Assembly: GCA_030704615.1 (NCBI GenBank) | Contig: CM060732.1 | Coordinates: forward strand, 11,904,001-11,968,000 | Source: Takakia lepidozioides | Taxonomy: Eukaryota; Plantae; Bryophyta | Reading direction: 5' to 3' | Length of the DNA: 64,000 nt | In this document: positions 49,736 through 61,400 of the stretch, in pieces | How the letters are laid out: each line of letters begins with the position of its first letter | How positions within the stretch are numbered: the first letter of the stretch is position 1 | The notes under the pieces: model-generated | Told to the model about the DNA's origin: nothing | The model's input: only the letters and a program-made list of their open reading frames with translations | Databases searched by the model: none | Program-made: the position numbers and the translations under genes

Positions 49736-51931
49736 ATGGAAGAAGAGTTGGAAGTAAAAGTCCTGCTCGTTGGAGGAGATGCATCACCAAACATGCTTGG
49801 TTCTGTGTTCACTATGCAAGGTGTCACATACAAATGCATCCGAGCAGAAATTATAGGTGATGAACTTGTCTCAGCAAAATTTCATTTCCTTTCCATGGGG
49901 GGTAGTGTCCTTTCAGCCAAGCAAGAAGAGAGGATGGTTCTGAAAGGGGATACTGTACACATTAAGATTTCAGACCAAAACGATGGGGACCAAGGATTGA
50001 AAAGACCTCTATCTTCCAGTGGTTCTACGATCTTGCATGAGGACAGACCAGGCGAGGACCCGACACCAGTGTCTACCAAGATGAGGATGGACCCTGATAC
50101 ACCCTTTGCTGGCGATGGTGGAAATGAAGACTATGCACATGAGCATGCACTTCAGCAGAGATCTGGTAGATTGTGCAGCACGTTGGCTACATCCAACGAT
50201 ATTCAAAAATGGCAGAAAGATATTAGAGCCGTTGAAAGGAAAATCTCTGCAGAAGGACGATGCGACAAGTTTGAGCTGATGACAAAGGATCAACAAGGAC
50301 AAGCAATGTTCCATATATGGTGTGTTGAGTGTGAGGATGTTTATGCACGGTCTGGGAAAAACAAACCATATGATGCATGTGCAAACTTTATGAGATCTCA
50401 TTTGAGGAGTGAGGGGCATCGCATAGCCTATGAGAGACGTCATGGGAAGGGTTCATCACAATGTGTCATCAGCCCTGTAAATGCAGATGAAGCATTAGAC
50501 GCAAAGAAGAACAAGGTGAAGGAGGCATTAGAGGAAGTCGCTCGGTTTTGTGAGGACAATCCTGGAAACAGATTTGAGATTGTGGAAGCCACAATTGGAG
50601 ACTATTCGCAGTTGGGTTCCATAAGGATTAGGTGCCCACTTGATTCGAAGTGGCTACTCTTGTTTCCAAGGACATGTTCTTTGCAATCTTCTTTGACAGA
50701 GCATGTGAAAGGAAAAACTCATGTCGATGTAGAGATTTGCCAAAAGGTTGAAAGTAGTGAAGGACCTTGCAAAAAGAGAGGAAGGCCTCCAAAGCCTATG
50801 ATTGCCAAAGATGTAAAGCAACGGGATCTAAGCTCTTTCTTGGTCAATCAACCTGTGTTGCCGTCCCCACCACTTGACAATCCAATTGTGGCATCAACAA
50901 TGGGAGCATCCTCGTCACAAACTCCATACGCTTGTGTTGACGCTGCCCAACGGGGAGATCTGATCGAGGATTGACAATTACAACAAAGGTCCCAATGCAA
51001 CAAAGGAAGAGACAGTTTGTGTTGGGGCCTATGGGATGAATGGTGGGAGTACAACCAGCAGAGAATAAGTCTGAAACCATTCCTTCAAGATAGCAAGGGA
51101 GGAAAGAAGTGGTATGTCGAGCCGTTGACAAATGCAACCATCACTCTAAACAATCAAGAGCATAAGGTTGTTGGTACGTTTCGGCACACGGATTGTTTTA
51201 GAGTGTCATTGGATGGGGAGCCATTTCCAAACTTGAGATGTTCAGCATGTTCTTCCATTCCCTTGGAAAATGACTTCAGAATGAGGGTATATAGAGAAAG
51301 AGGTGCCATGGAATGTAGAGGGGAGAGAGATACTGGCAAGGGAAGAAGGTTGTCATATCTTGGAAATGCGGAGATTGTCAAACAAGTTTACAAAAACAGA
51401 CAGGAGTTGAGGCAGTTGAGGTTCAAATTGTGGGAGGCCAGGACCAAAGTGGCATCCTTGTCTGTGCGATGTAGGAGTTTGAAGGAGTCTGGGATTGAGG
51501 CAATTGAAAGAGGAGATGTTCTCAAATTTTGTCGTGATATTGTTGATGCACATAGGAGGGGGGATTTTGAAGGAAAAGAAAGTTTGTGGGATTTTCTTGT
51601 TGATATGGGCAAGAATATTGACAGGTCTCCACAAGGGAAGAGGTATGGTACTAGCACAAAAACAATGTTTGAGACTGTGCAGCTTTGGGGGGGATTGCAT
51701 CATTTTTTGGCTTCAAATGTGGGGGGTCCTTCTATTGATACTACAAGACGGTCTTTGAGGAAAGGTTTGAAGTATAGAGCGGGAGAAACGGATGATATAT
51801 TTCAGCATGTGGCTGGAATTTACAGAGATGTGATGGAAGATGCAAATATTCCATTGGGAAGCATCCCAGTGATGGTGGCCGAAGATGAAACTGTTGTGAA
51901 GCGATTGGTACGTTGGATTTACAGATACTAA
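49736..51931 (+). mobile_element. Truncated DNA transposase pseudogene (2 C2H2-like fingers, AT-hook, P-element-like catalytic N-half)
   Basis: ORFs 49703-50974 and 51017-51931 are in the same frame, separated by a single TGA. Motifs WCVECE..FMRSHLRSEGH, RCPLD..TEHVKGKTH, KKRGRPPK and HFLASNVGGPSIDTTRR..AGE..IF..PVMVAEDETVVK. Confidence 0.7.
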
Positions 51932-51990
51932 TTAAAGAACAGGCTGAAATCCCGGGGGGTTTTGCATGCACTGCGACACCTGCAGCTGCA

Positions 51991-52711
51991 ATGATAATTA
52001 TCTCTTCCACGAACCCCAATAAATTCACGATAAATCTCCACACTTTCACCCTCTTGGTCATCGTCTACATCACAATCCTCAACGTTAGCAGCTGAAAGAT
52101 CAGCAAGTTCGTACAGCTCAAGTCCTTTGGTTCAGACCTGTTGAGAATTAATGCGGATATAGTGGAAAAGGTGAAGCGGGACCACAGGGAGCTTGAGGAA
52201 GATTACTCCAACTACAAGAGGGCGCACAGGAACGGCGACGAGGAGGACGCCCGCAAGTGGTTCAACCAGTTTGTTTGGGAGATTTCGCGGCACTCGGTGT
52301 CGGAGGAGCTCGTGCTGTATCCATTGCTGGAGAAGAAGGGCGGCAAGGGCAAGGAGCTGGCCGACAAGTCGCGCGCCGATCATCAGAAGATCAGGCAGGA
52401 GCTGGAGGAGATTCAATCCATCAAGGACCCCCTCCTGTTTGAGCAAGCTAGACAGAATTATGGAGGATTTGCGGGAGCACTTTAACTTGGAAGAGAACGA
52501 GGATCTGATCTTTATTCAGGAGCATTTGGATCTTCAGGCGAGAGAAAGGGTTGGGAAGACGTTTGATATGGGGAAGAAGCTTGCGCCCACGCGCCCCCAT
52601 GCCGGCGTGCCCAACAAATCTGCGGCGCTTGAGGCGGCGATCGGGTTGCTGATGAAACCGATCGACTCGCTCCGCGATGTTTTCACCCCGTTCCCCGAAG
52701 ACAAAAAGTGA
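51991..52711 (+). pseudogene. Intronless hemerythrin/HHE cation-binding domain gene (fungal/protist-type) with a hydrophobic N-terminal leader; one in-frame TGA and one frameshift
   Basis: Motifs DHRELE, NQFVWEISRHSVSEELVLYP, DKSRADH, EHFNLEENED, APTRPHAGVPNK and GLLMKPIDSLRDVF..FP. Frameshift at ~52445 and TGA at 52093-52095. Confidence 0.85.
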
Positions 52712-55458
52712 AGATCAAGAAAAAACACAAGCAGAAGGAAGAGCTGATGTTCTGGGGCGTGTTTTTTTTGTTGATATGTTGAACAGCCTGGTCGAGCGAG
52801 GCTGGTTTTTGAAATATTGCTTGCTGCAGAAGTGAGACAGTGGTTGCGAGAGTTTTTTCTAAGGAGACTAATGCGAACATGAGCATAGTACATACATGTA
52901 ATTGTTAATAGGAATTATGAGAAGGTGTTTATGAATACATTCAATAATTACTGTGATGATCAGTTTTCACGAGACAATGGATGCTGTTTGCTTTACACAC
53001 ATGAAGCTAAATATGAGAGAAGCACCCAGGCGATGCATTGTTCCGGCAGAGGCGATGCATTGTAATGCATGCAGGATATGTGACATAATTTCTCTGCTGT
53101 TTGCGATGCGTTGAGCTCTATGATTTGTGAAGCTGATTCATGATTTTCTGTCCTGAGATCTTACAGTGTCAAATGCTGTGTCTTTGTATGAAGGTTCCAT
53201 CTTCTAAGAACTTTGGAGGTTGGACGTGCACTTGAAATGCATTGATCAATGTGATAAACTGATAAAAGCTAACTACATATACGAGAACAAGTGAAGCGCT
53301 TGCGTAGTGATGCGACTGTCGTCGTCTTTCGAGGGTGGCAAGTGGCCATTACCTCGTATCACTAGTACACGTTGTCAAATAGCCCCCCCTAACATTATCC
53401 CTGAGAAGGTTTGCCCATGTTTTGCTCTAGTACGTTAGGGTTGAGAGGAAACTTGAATAAAGACGATTGATAGTTATAACTAATTTTTATTTATTTTTTG
53501 TTTTTTAATTTTTTGTTTTACTAATTCGATTTCACTAAAACCTGGATAAATGACGGGAAATTACATCTTATAACTACCCCGCTTCCTTCTCTCTCTCTCA
53601 CACCCGGGCATGCGCTTGCATTCTTGATCCGATCGATGTGTTGTGATTGTAATTTTAATTGTCGTGGTTCTCAGGATTTGGTCTTGAGCATGACGTGGAT
53701 CCAATCCGCTGAAAGCAAACTCAGCTCAAGCTGTTTGAAATCGTGTCTGTCCTCCCTGCTTCTGGATGTTTAGCTGCATTGTGCTGTTCGTATTGTCTAA
53801 GATTGCATGTCAATTTTGTTTTTGCTACCAATTTTTTCGTGTAGCGTCTTAGCTTCAATGCTGCGCCCTTGTGTAGCTTGTTTAGGATAGAATGTCTGTG
53901 GCATGTCTCTCTCTGCGCAGTTTTGTTAGGACTCGGCCGCTGTGAAGCCGTGGAGCTGATATATTTAACACAGGATGTAGAACGCGATGCTAGCGGTTTT
54001 CCCGACCTGAAAAATGTCTAGTGATGATGAATCACTGAGTGTGTTCTTCCTAAGCAACGTCTGAAAGGCAGGCATTGTGAGATATTGTACACGATATATC
54101 CTGGGTGAGGATTTCAGGCGTTACATTCGGATTTGGGAGGGTTGGACTCATCGGTATCAAGCAACCGTGTCGTACACTTTCAGCATCGTATTTCATGATA
54201 GGTATTGGAGGTGATCAATCACCTCCCTGGACAATTCATGAAGGTCTCATGAAACTCATGTCTCACCAATGACCAAATCTCCGACCGCATTTTCTCTGTA
54301 ATGCACCACGCTCTGCACACCGTCCATGTCATTGGTTCAGTAGACGCCTTTACACTGCAGTGGTGGGTTTTTGGAGTCAGACACCGAATTACCCTAACCT
54401 CTTCAGTGGCTTGCAACCTTTCTGGTCTAGTATATTATTCCGAAATGGTCTCATCACTCTTCAATGGGAGCAGTGGAAGAGGCAGAAGCGCCAATGCTTC
54501 AAATGCTCATCAAATACAATTTTCTCTTCCCCAATTGGCAGCATAAAACTACACATCGCGTTTGAGAAAAATGTCAAAGATGTTATTGCTTTGCAGGGAA
54601 TGCAAATTCGATTTCTCGATGGATTATCATCTGATGTGCGCAGATGCCATTACTGTGTTACATTGGATGAAAATGGCGCCTCCACACACCTCGAATGCAC
54701 AACATTTACTCGGAAAATGATCCTGTTTGGAGGTTCCCTTTCAACTGCAACTTTCTGCAATCAATGTTCCATCTGTAACCAATCCGATTGCAGAAGGAAT
54801 GTTATCTCCCAGGCCTTCTTACAGTTAGACAGGGGCGTATCTGGTCGAGCGTAGGAGTATGGAAGTCATGGCCTTTGAATCATCCTGCCAATCTCCACAA
54901 ATCGAGTTACGGTGGGGAGATGTAAGCTGGTGGGGCAAACAGTTGGCTTGTACGGCCGTGCACAAGTGATGTGGATGGATGCGAATGATACCTGTGACAT
55001 TGACCCATTTGAAGATGCCATAAAAGAGGCAAGGAATCTCTCCCATGCTCTTCCTCGGACCTTCTTTTCCCCTTGGTGCCACTACCGTCATGTGTGTCTT
55101 TGCACCATGAGCCTCGTAACAGCATTCTTCTTCTTCGTCTTGTATTGTTTTCTGTCCCTGCTGTCGCCACTCCTGCCACTCTTGCTGCTTCTTTCAAAGA
55201 GTGTGTTCGAATTTCTATTTACGTCCTAACTCTGTCTCAAGGTTTCTCTTTTCTTCATGGCTTTCAGCTGTATTATTACTTGGTGCGTCACAATGTGTTT
55301 TGTGTCCCCGCACCTATTTGTCTGCAACATGTGAAGTGGCAATAATACAACTAGCACCTCCTTTTGGACTGTACCCAGTAGGTGTGGTTAGCGCTTCTGA
55401 GTGTAATTCAATTTTTGAGCTAATCACTGAATTATCCATTCCTTTGCCTCCTTGGCAG

Positions 55459-58400
55459 CATCGACAAGATGCAGGAAGGAGTCGGGAGGAGATTGAGCGC
55501 CTGACAGTGAATGAAGATCTAAGTGACCTTGAACGAGCCAGGCTTTTCCTCTCACCTGCAGCGCACTCGGTAATTGAGCCAAGGCTGTCGGAGATGGAAT
55601 AGTCATCCTCTGGTGAGAGAGAAGAAGAAAGAAAGAAAATGTAGAAGGTCCATGGGAAGGCCCGGGTCTATGGACACACTCTAGCAAGAAAACCTAGAAG
55701 CATATCAAACCCCACAAAATGCAATTGGAGAACTGCTAAGCAATTAAGGTCCCTCATATCTGAAGGCCTTTGCTAAGGACTGAATTTCGAAGAAGTGTAT
55801 TTCCCAAGATCTCATAGTGCCTAGGCCAAGAGAAATAGAAATAATGCGCTGTCTCCACTTTGTCCTATCCTTAGGTCCTATCTATTGAGGTATGTTGTCC
55901 CATCTTCCTGCCTCAACCAGTAGTGTGTGTGACAAGGGAGTTGCCCAAATTGTAAGGAAATTAAAAACTTAGTGTAGAGGTAGGACATGATGATGCAGTT
56001 GTCATTCCTAAAAATGAAATGAAATGAAATGGTACTTTATAACATCCGCGGAAAGCTCAAAGAGCTCGTGGGACAAAATGGCAAAAACAAGAGAGAGGAA
56101 ACAGAACCAGAGCCAAAAAACTAAAGAAACTAGAGAAAGAAAGAAGGAAAACATTCATAACATCCGCCGAGAGAAAAAACCGAAATGATCTTAGTGTCAA
56201 CAGAGTACAGTCAGGGTAACTGCAATGAATGCTGGAAAGTAAGGGAGACATGCAAACTCAGAATGAGTCAAGCAAGTCAGGCACATTCCCACTTGAACCT
56301 CTATAGTTACCATTTTTGCTCAATGTAGCTGTTCTTCTAGAGTTCAGGCTCAAAGGCTTTACAATTACCTTCAGGTAGCTAAACCTGAGGGTTTATGTGG
56401 ATTCAACAGCTCCAGCAGAGCTGTGCATTGGGGAAATTACCAACATTATTTAAGGAGTATGGAGTTGCTGCTTATGAGGCTCTTTTTCCGACCTTCACTG
56501 CATCCCTTGAAACTTTCAGCCCCCAGTCCCAGGTTGTTAATTTTTTATGTCTTTTTCAAGGGAGGGTATGATAGTGAGACGAGTGTAGTCATTAATTTTA
56601 GTTTTCTGTAGCTGTCTGGATATAGACCTAGCACCCAGTTTGTATTGAGCAGAAAAAGGGGAGAGGGTGATGGGGGCTAGGGAGGAGAGAGCAGGGGGGA
56701 ACTTCTAGAGCCTATCATAAGATAAACCCTTACTGAAATCGTTTTTCAATGTGGTGTTACAAATACCATCTAAGTGCATGTGGAATGACTGCCAGGTGGT
56801 GACAGGAGAAGCCTTCACTCTTATTTTGCAAAATGAATCTCTTCCAAAAGAGGTGAACACCCAATGATGCCTTTCGTCATTTGACTCACTCTTTTAGTTA
56901 AGTCAGAATTTAGAAGTGAATTTGAATAAACCCCACCCTGCACCAGTGGAGGGGGGGTTAATATGTGAGAAGTCCAGGCAAGGACTTCAGAAAGAGGGCT
57001 GAGCTGATGTGGTAAATGGATGGAGGGATGGGGAATAGATGCCAGAGTTGCTGCTTCCAACGACCATACACATGGTTAAAAATCCACACAGCAATGAAGT
57101 CATGCATGCCTGGCTCTGCGTCCTCTGTGCAATGGTGCCCATGCTACCTCTTAAGGTAATTCCACCCCTCCACAAATCCACAAAAGTCGGGAAGGGAGGT
57201 TAAAAGGAGGGGGAAGAGAGGGTGAATGGGGAAAAAGGAGATGTTCCTGGCTCCATGAGAGAGAATTGAGTTAATGTGATAGCGAATCGACACTTGATCT
57301 GCAATTTTCCACCATTGTGTATAAGCCTTCTTGTCATTTATCTTGTCTTTCCAAAATGAGAACCCAGTTACAGCAAGAAGAAATTGTTAGAAGCCTTTCC
57401 TTCTCTCTCTCTCGAGGGTGGCAGGTGGTCACTGAGGATCTATTGCAACTTGCTTTGTCAAAAGGCAAGGGGGAAGAAAGTGTGCAGTCACACACTGTTT
57501 GCTGCACCATTCTTGGGGCCATCGCACCATTGCTTGAGGCAAAAGACATCCTGAACCATTTCCTCCACAAATCTATGGCACTCTGCCAGGTATGCAAGTT
57601 GCTTTGTGATTGAAGAACACTTTGCATAAGAAGCATGGTCTAAGTTTCAAGCACCCTTCTGCCACAAGCAAGGTACACGTTTTGGCTAGAAGCAGAAATT
57701 TGAAAACCTACTATGTTTCAAACAAAAGAGGGAACAAGCATGCACAACTATCATACACTCACAGGTGGATCTGATGAGTCATTCACCTCAAGGGACAAAA
57801 CAGGTTAGGAATTGGAAAGGACCAATACAGCAGGATAGATAAGCAGTTTAATAGTTTTAAGTTGTTCTGTGAGGAGAGCATATCATCAGCGAGCGAATGG
57901 AGTTCTCATCTAATAGACATCCTGTATACTCAATGAAGTTTTCACAACATGTGAACTTGCATGGAGAGTGATCTATGCTAGATGAGTGGCACCTTCTGTC
58001 TGTCTTTGGGAGTCATGATTTAAAGATTGAATGATGATTGACTTGGTGCCCTATGCTTCAGAAGGCACAGGATAAACTTGGTATGGTGAAATTGATCTTG
58101 CAGGACACAGACACCGAGGTTCGGATGTGTATGTGTGAGCAGCTCAATGCCATCTCCCGTGCTGTCGGTGTGGAGACCTTTATGGTTCCTACAGCCCCAA
58201 TACCATTTCCTGTTACAGCTACTCTGTTTTGTGTGTGTGCATGACTGGCTGTTTGCTTTCTGGAGTAGTAAGGACCTGGCTGTATTGGTATTGCAAACAA
58301 AACACTCTGACTGGAAAATTGGGCAAGGCCCCTGTGTTTCTCTTCCTTCCTCAATCCTTATATCTGCTCCTCCCCTGGTCCAGTTTGGTCACAGGTCTTT

Positions 58401-61400
58401 CATCACTAGGCTATAGTAAGTATACTCAGCTGTTGTGTTTGGCCCTGCCTTGCTTGTCTCTATTCATGCAAAATCCAGCACACTGAAATACTCCTACACC
58501 GAGTTTGTATAGACTTGAAATTTCTAGTTAGACTGGATTGATTTAGAGAATGCGAATTTGGGTGTTTTCACCTCAGGTATTTGTATTTCCGGAGCTGAAT
58601 GAACTGCTGAAAGACGAGGAGGTGGTGGTACAGAATGCAGCTATAGAGAGCCTAGTGCATTTGCTGGACTTCTTACCCTCTGATATTCGAAGAACACAAG
58701 TCTTACCATTCCTCCGTTCGTGCGCCCCTCAACTCCTCTTCCTCAGTAGAGCCTCCCTCACTGCAGTCAGTTCATTGGCTTCCCATACGTTGTATTCTCT
58801 GTATGTCAATCAATGGCAATGACATAGAAGTTTACCACCATCTTCAAAGTCATTTTCCTTGTGGTGCACCTGTGGACATGCTTAACTTGTAAACTCCAGA
58901 AATGTATCTTCGGGAGACCAAACCTGTGATTAAATGGGAACGTTTCTGAGACGCCAGTCGAACTCAGGTGGTTGTCTCTGTAATATGCCTGATCATAAGC
59001 TCTTTCTTATAGATACTGTGAGGTAAAAATTATGAGCTTGGACTTCTAACCTTGGAGTTGTGCAAGGTTTCCCTTATGCTTGAGGTGTTGGAGTTAGATG
59101 TTGGGCTGCCTGGCCAAGAGATCTACTATCTCATTCTTTGCTTATTAAGGTATGCTGGCTGGAATGGATGCAGACTATCTGGCGACGGCAATGTTGTTGT
59201 GCTTGTCTGCTTGGCTCATTTATTTGGTGACATTATAATGAAGGTCTACAGCAATCTCAAATCTGGTTATGTTTGTCAAGTCCATGGGTACGGCCCTCTG
59301 TTGGCTCTGTTAGATGTCCATATCATCAAGGCTTGGTGAAGCCAGCTGGCACACTTCCACATAGATGCCAGTCGCATACTGACATGCTCAGTTGATAATG
59401 GGGATTCATTCTGTAAGTAAGCTTTTCAATGTTTTACATCCGGTACTAAGAGAGACATACAGATGGATGCATGAATATTCATACAGAATATGAACACACA
59501 GTAAGTCTCTTGAGTTATGGTGGCAGATGGTGCCAGATCTATCAGAAGAGGACATGCAGAGTCTGGTGGAAGCATACAAAGGGCTTGCTCGACATTCCAG
59601 CGAGGAAGTTCGCCAGGTATGCATGATATACCAACTTTTCGTGAGGATGATATTCTCGTTTATTCTCTATTCTGTTTGTTTTGGTTTTCTGGGGGCCAGA
59701 TGGCACACTCTCTTCCTATGTGTATAGTTTTCTCTGTCTCCTGGTGGGAAAAGAATCTGGAACCATTGCAGTCATCTTTTCTCCAAGCAATGCTTGGCGC
59801 CAGAAGCACAACTCCATCTCATATCCTAGGTGCAGAGTTCGCATGTGTACCATTGCAAACCGAGGCCCTCTTCCGGCTTACAATCTTTCTCCATAGATTA
59901 CAGGCCCTTCCACCCAAGGGGCTCGTGGCAAGAGCCCTCGCAACATCTATGAGGCTCAAAGCTGCAGGTTTCAGGAACTCCTGGTATGCTCGAGTGGACA
60001 GTTTATTTCAGCGCAACGGACTCTCTACTGCTTCCCTATTACCAATGAATCCAGATGGGGTGGACATCACATCCAGACATGACCGCAACAGACTCATTAG
60101 GAGAGAGCTTATGGAATTACATGTCAAGAGAACTTGGAAGCTACCCAATCTCACGACAAAGCTCCACTTCTATCGAGAGACATTCTTGGTGCTCCGAGAT
60201 GATAGAATCTTGAGGCCAAATTACCTTTCAGCATCCTTATCTCCTTCCCTCCTGAGGGCACTGGGGCGGTTCAGGGTGGGTTCTCACAACCTACGGATAG
60301 AGACTGGCAGATGGGAAAACCTGCAACGGGAGGACCGCCTATGTCCAGCTTGCATAGGGCACAGCCAGGAAATTGAAACTGAAGAACACTTCTTCTTCTA
60401 CTGCCCTCTATACTACGAGATCCGTGGGAGATTCCACTGTTTATTCAGTGGAACCCAATCTCTCACTGAAGTCTCCCACTATGAGGATCAAAAATGCTTG
60501 GCAGCCTACCTGCACGAGGCCTTCACCCTTAGACAATCTCTAGAACATTAGTTCTTATTCTTGGGTTCTGGTTTTGTTTCCTCTCTCATGTTTTCTTCCA
60601 TTTTGTCCCATAAGCTCTATGAGCTTTCCGCGGACGTTATAAAGCACCATTTCATTTCATTTCATTTCTCTTCACGGGACTACTTAACATGCTGACATTT
60701 GTTGGGATGAAAGCTAGAGAATATGTATAGTTGACCGGGAAACTATGGGTGCTCTTTGTCGCAAAGAGTGTGGTCAGGCATTTTCTTCGTTTGACTATTT
60801 TCAAAGTTCCTCCAAGCCCAATTCAATCTTACCAAAAATAGGTGATGGTACTCCTGGTTGTATCTCATATAGAGAAGAGGATGTACTTGTCAAGAAGCCT
60901 GTTTTCCATAGCCTTGTCATCAGTATAACCCCTTCCTGGCAAACCTGGAAAAGAAAAAAGAAGAATTAAGTCTATAACGTCTTAAGGAGACTGCCAGTTG
61001 CATGTCCTTGTCCAGTAGAGGCGTGCTCTTGGAGGCCTCCTGTTGCCATTGCTTCTTCACCGTTGTGTTGGGATCCTCCAAGAATAGTAATGTCCAAGAA
61101 GAAAGATTGAGACAGACAGACAGACAAAGCTGGTACTGTTTGGACTGCTTGGTGCCCTTTCTCCACACACCTAGAGAGAAACAACTAAGAGAACTTATGA
61201 AACTTTATAATGCAACTGGGGACCTTGATGGCTTATGGGATGAAGTAGAATAACAAGAAACCACAGCAGAAAACACCCAGAGAGAGTTTAAGAAAGGATG
61301 AACGAGGGAAAGACTGTTTTAACTCAATTTTTAGAGATTTAGTGTAAAATGATGTTTGCTCTAGTCTTGTGGTGGGAGAAAGAGAGGTGATGAAGAACAC

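Noticed and set aside
50972-52095. In-frame TGA codons as selenocysteine or programmed readthrough
   Set aside because: Land plants lack the Sec machinery. The accompanying truncation and frameshift make simple decay more likely.
54219-55345. Several 65-164 aa ORFs upstream of the PP4R4 exons
   Set aside because: No recognisable domain, and they could not be joined in frame to the gene.
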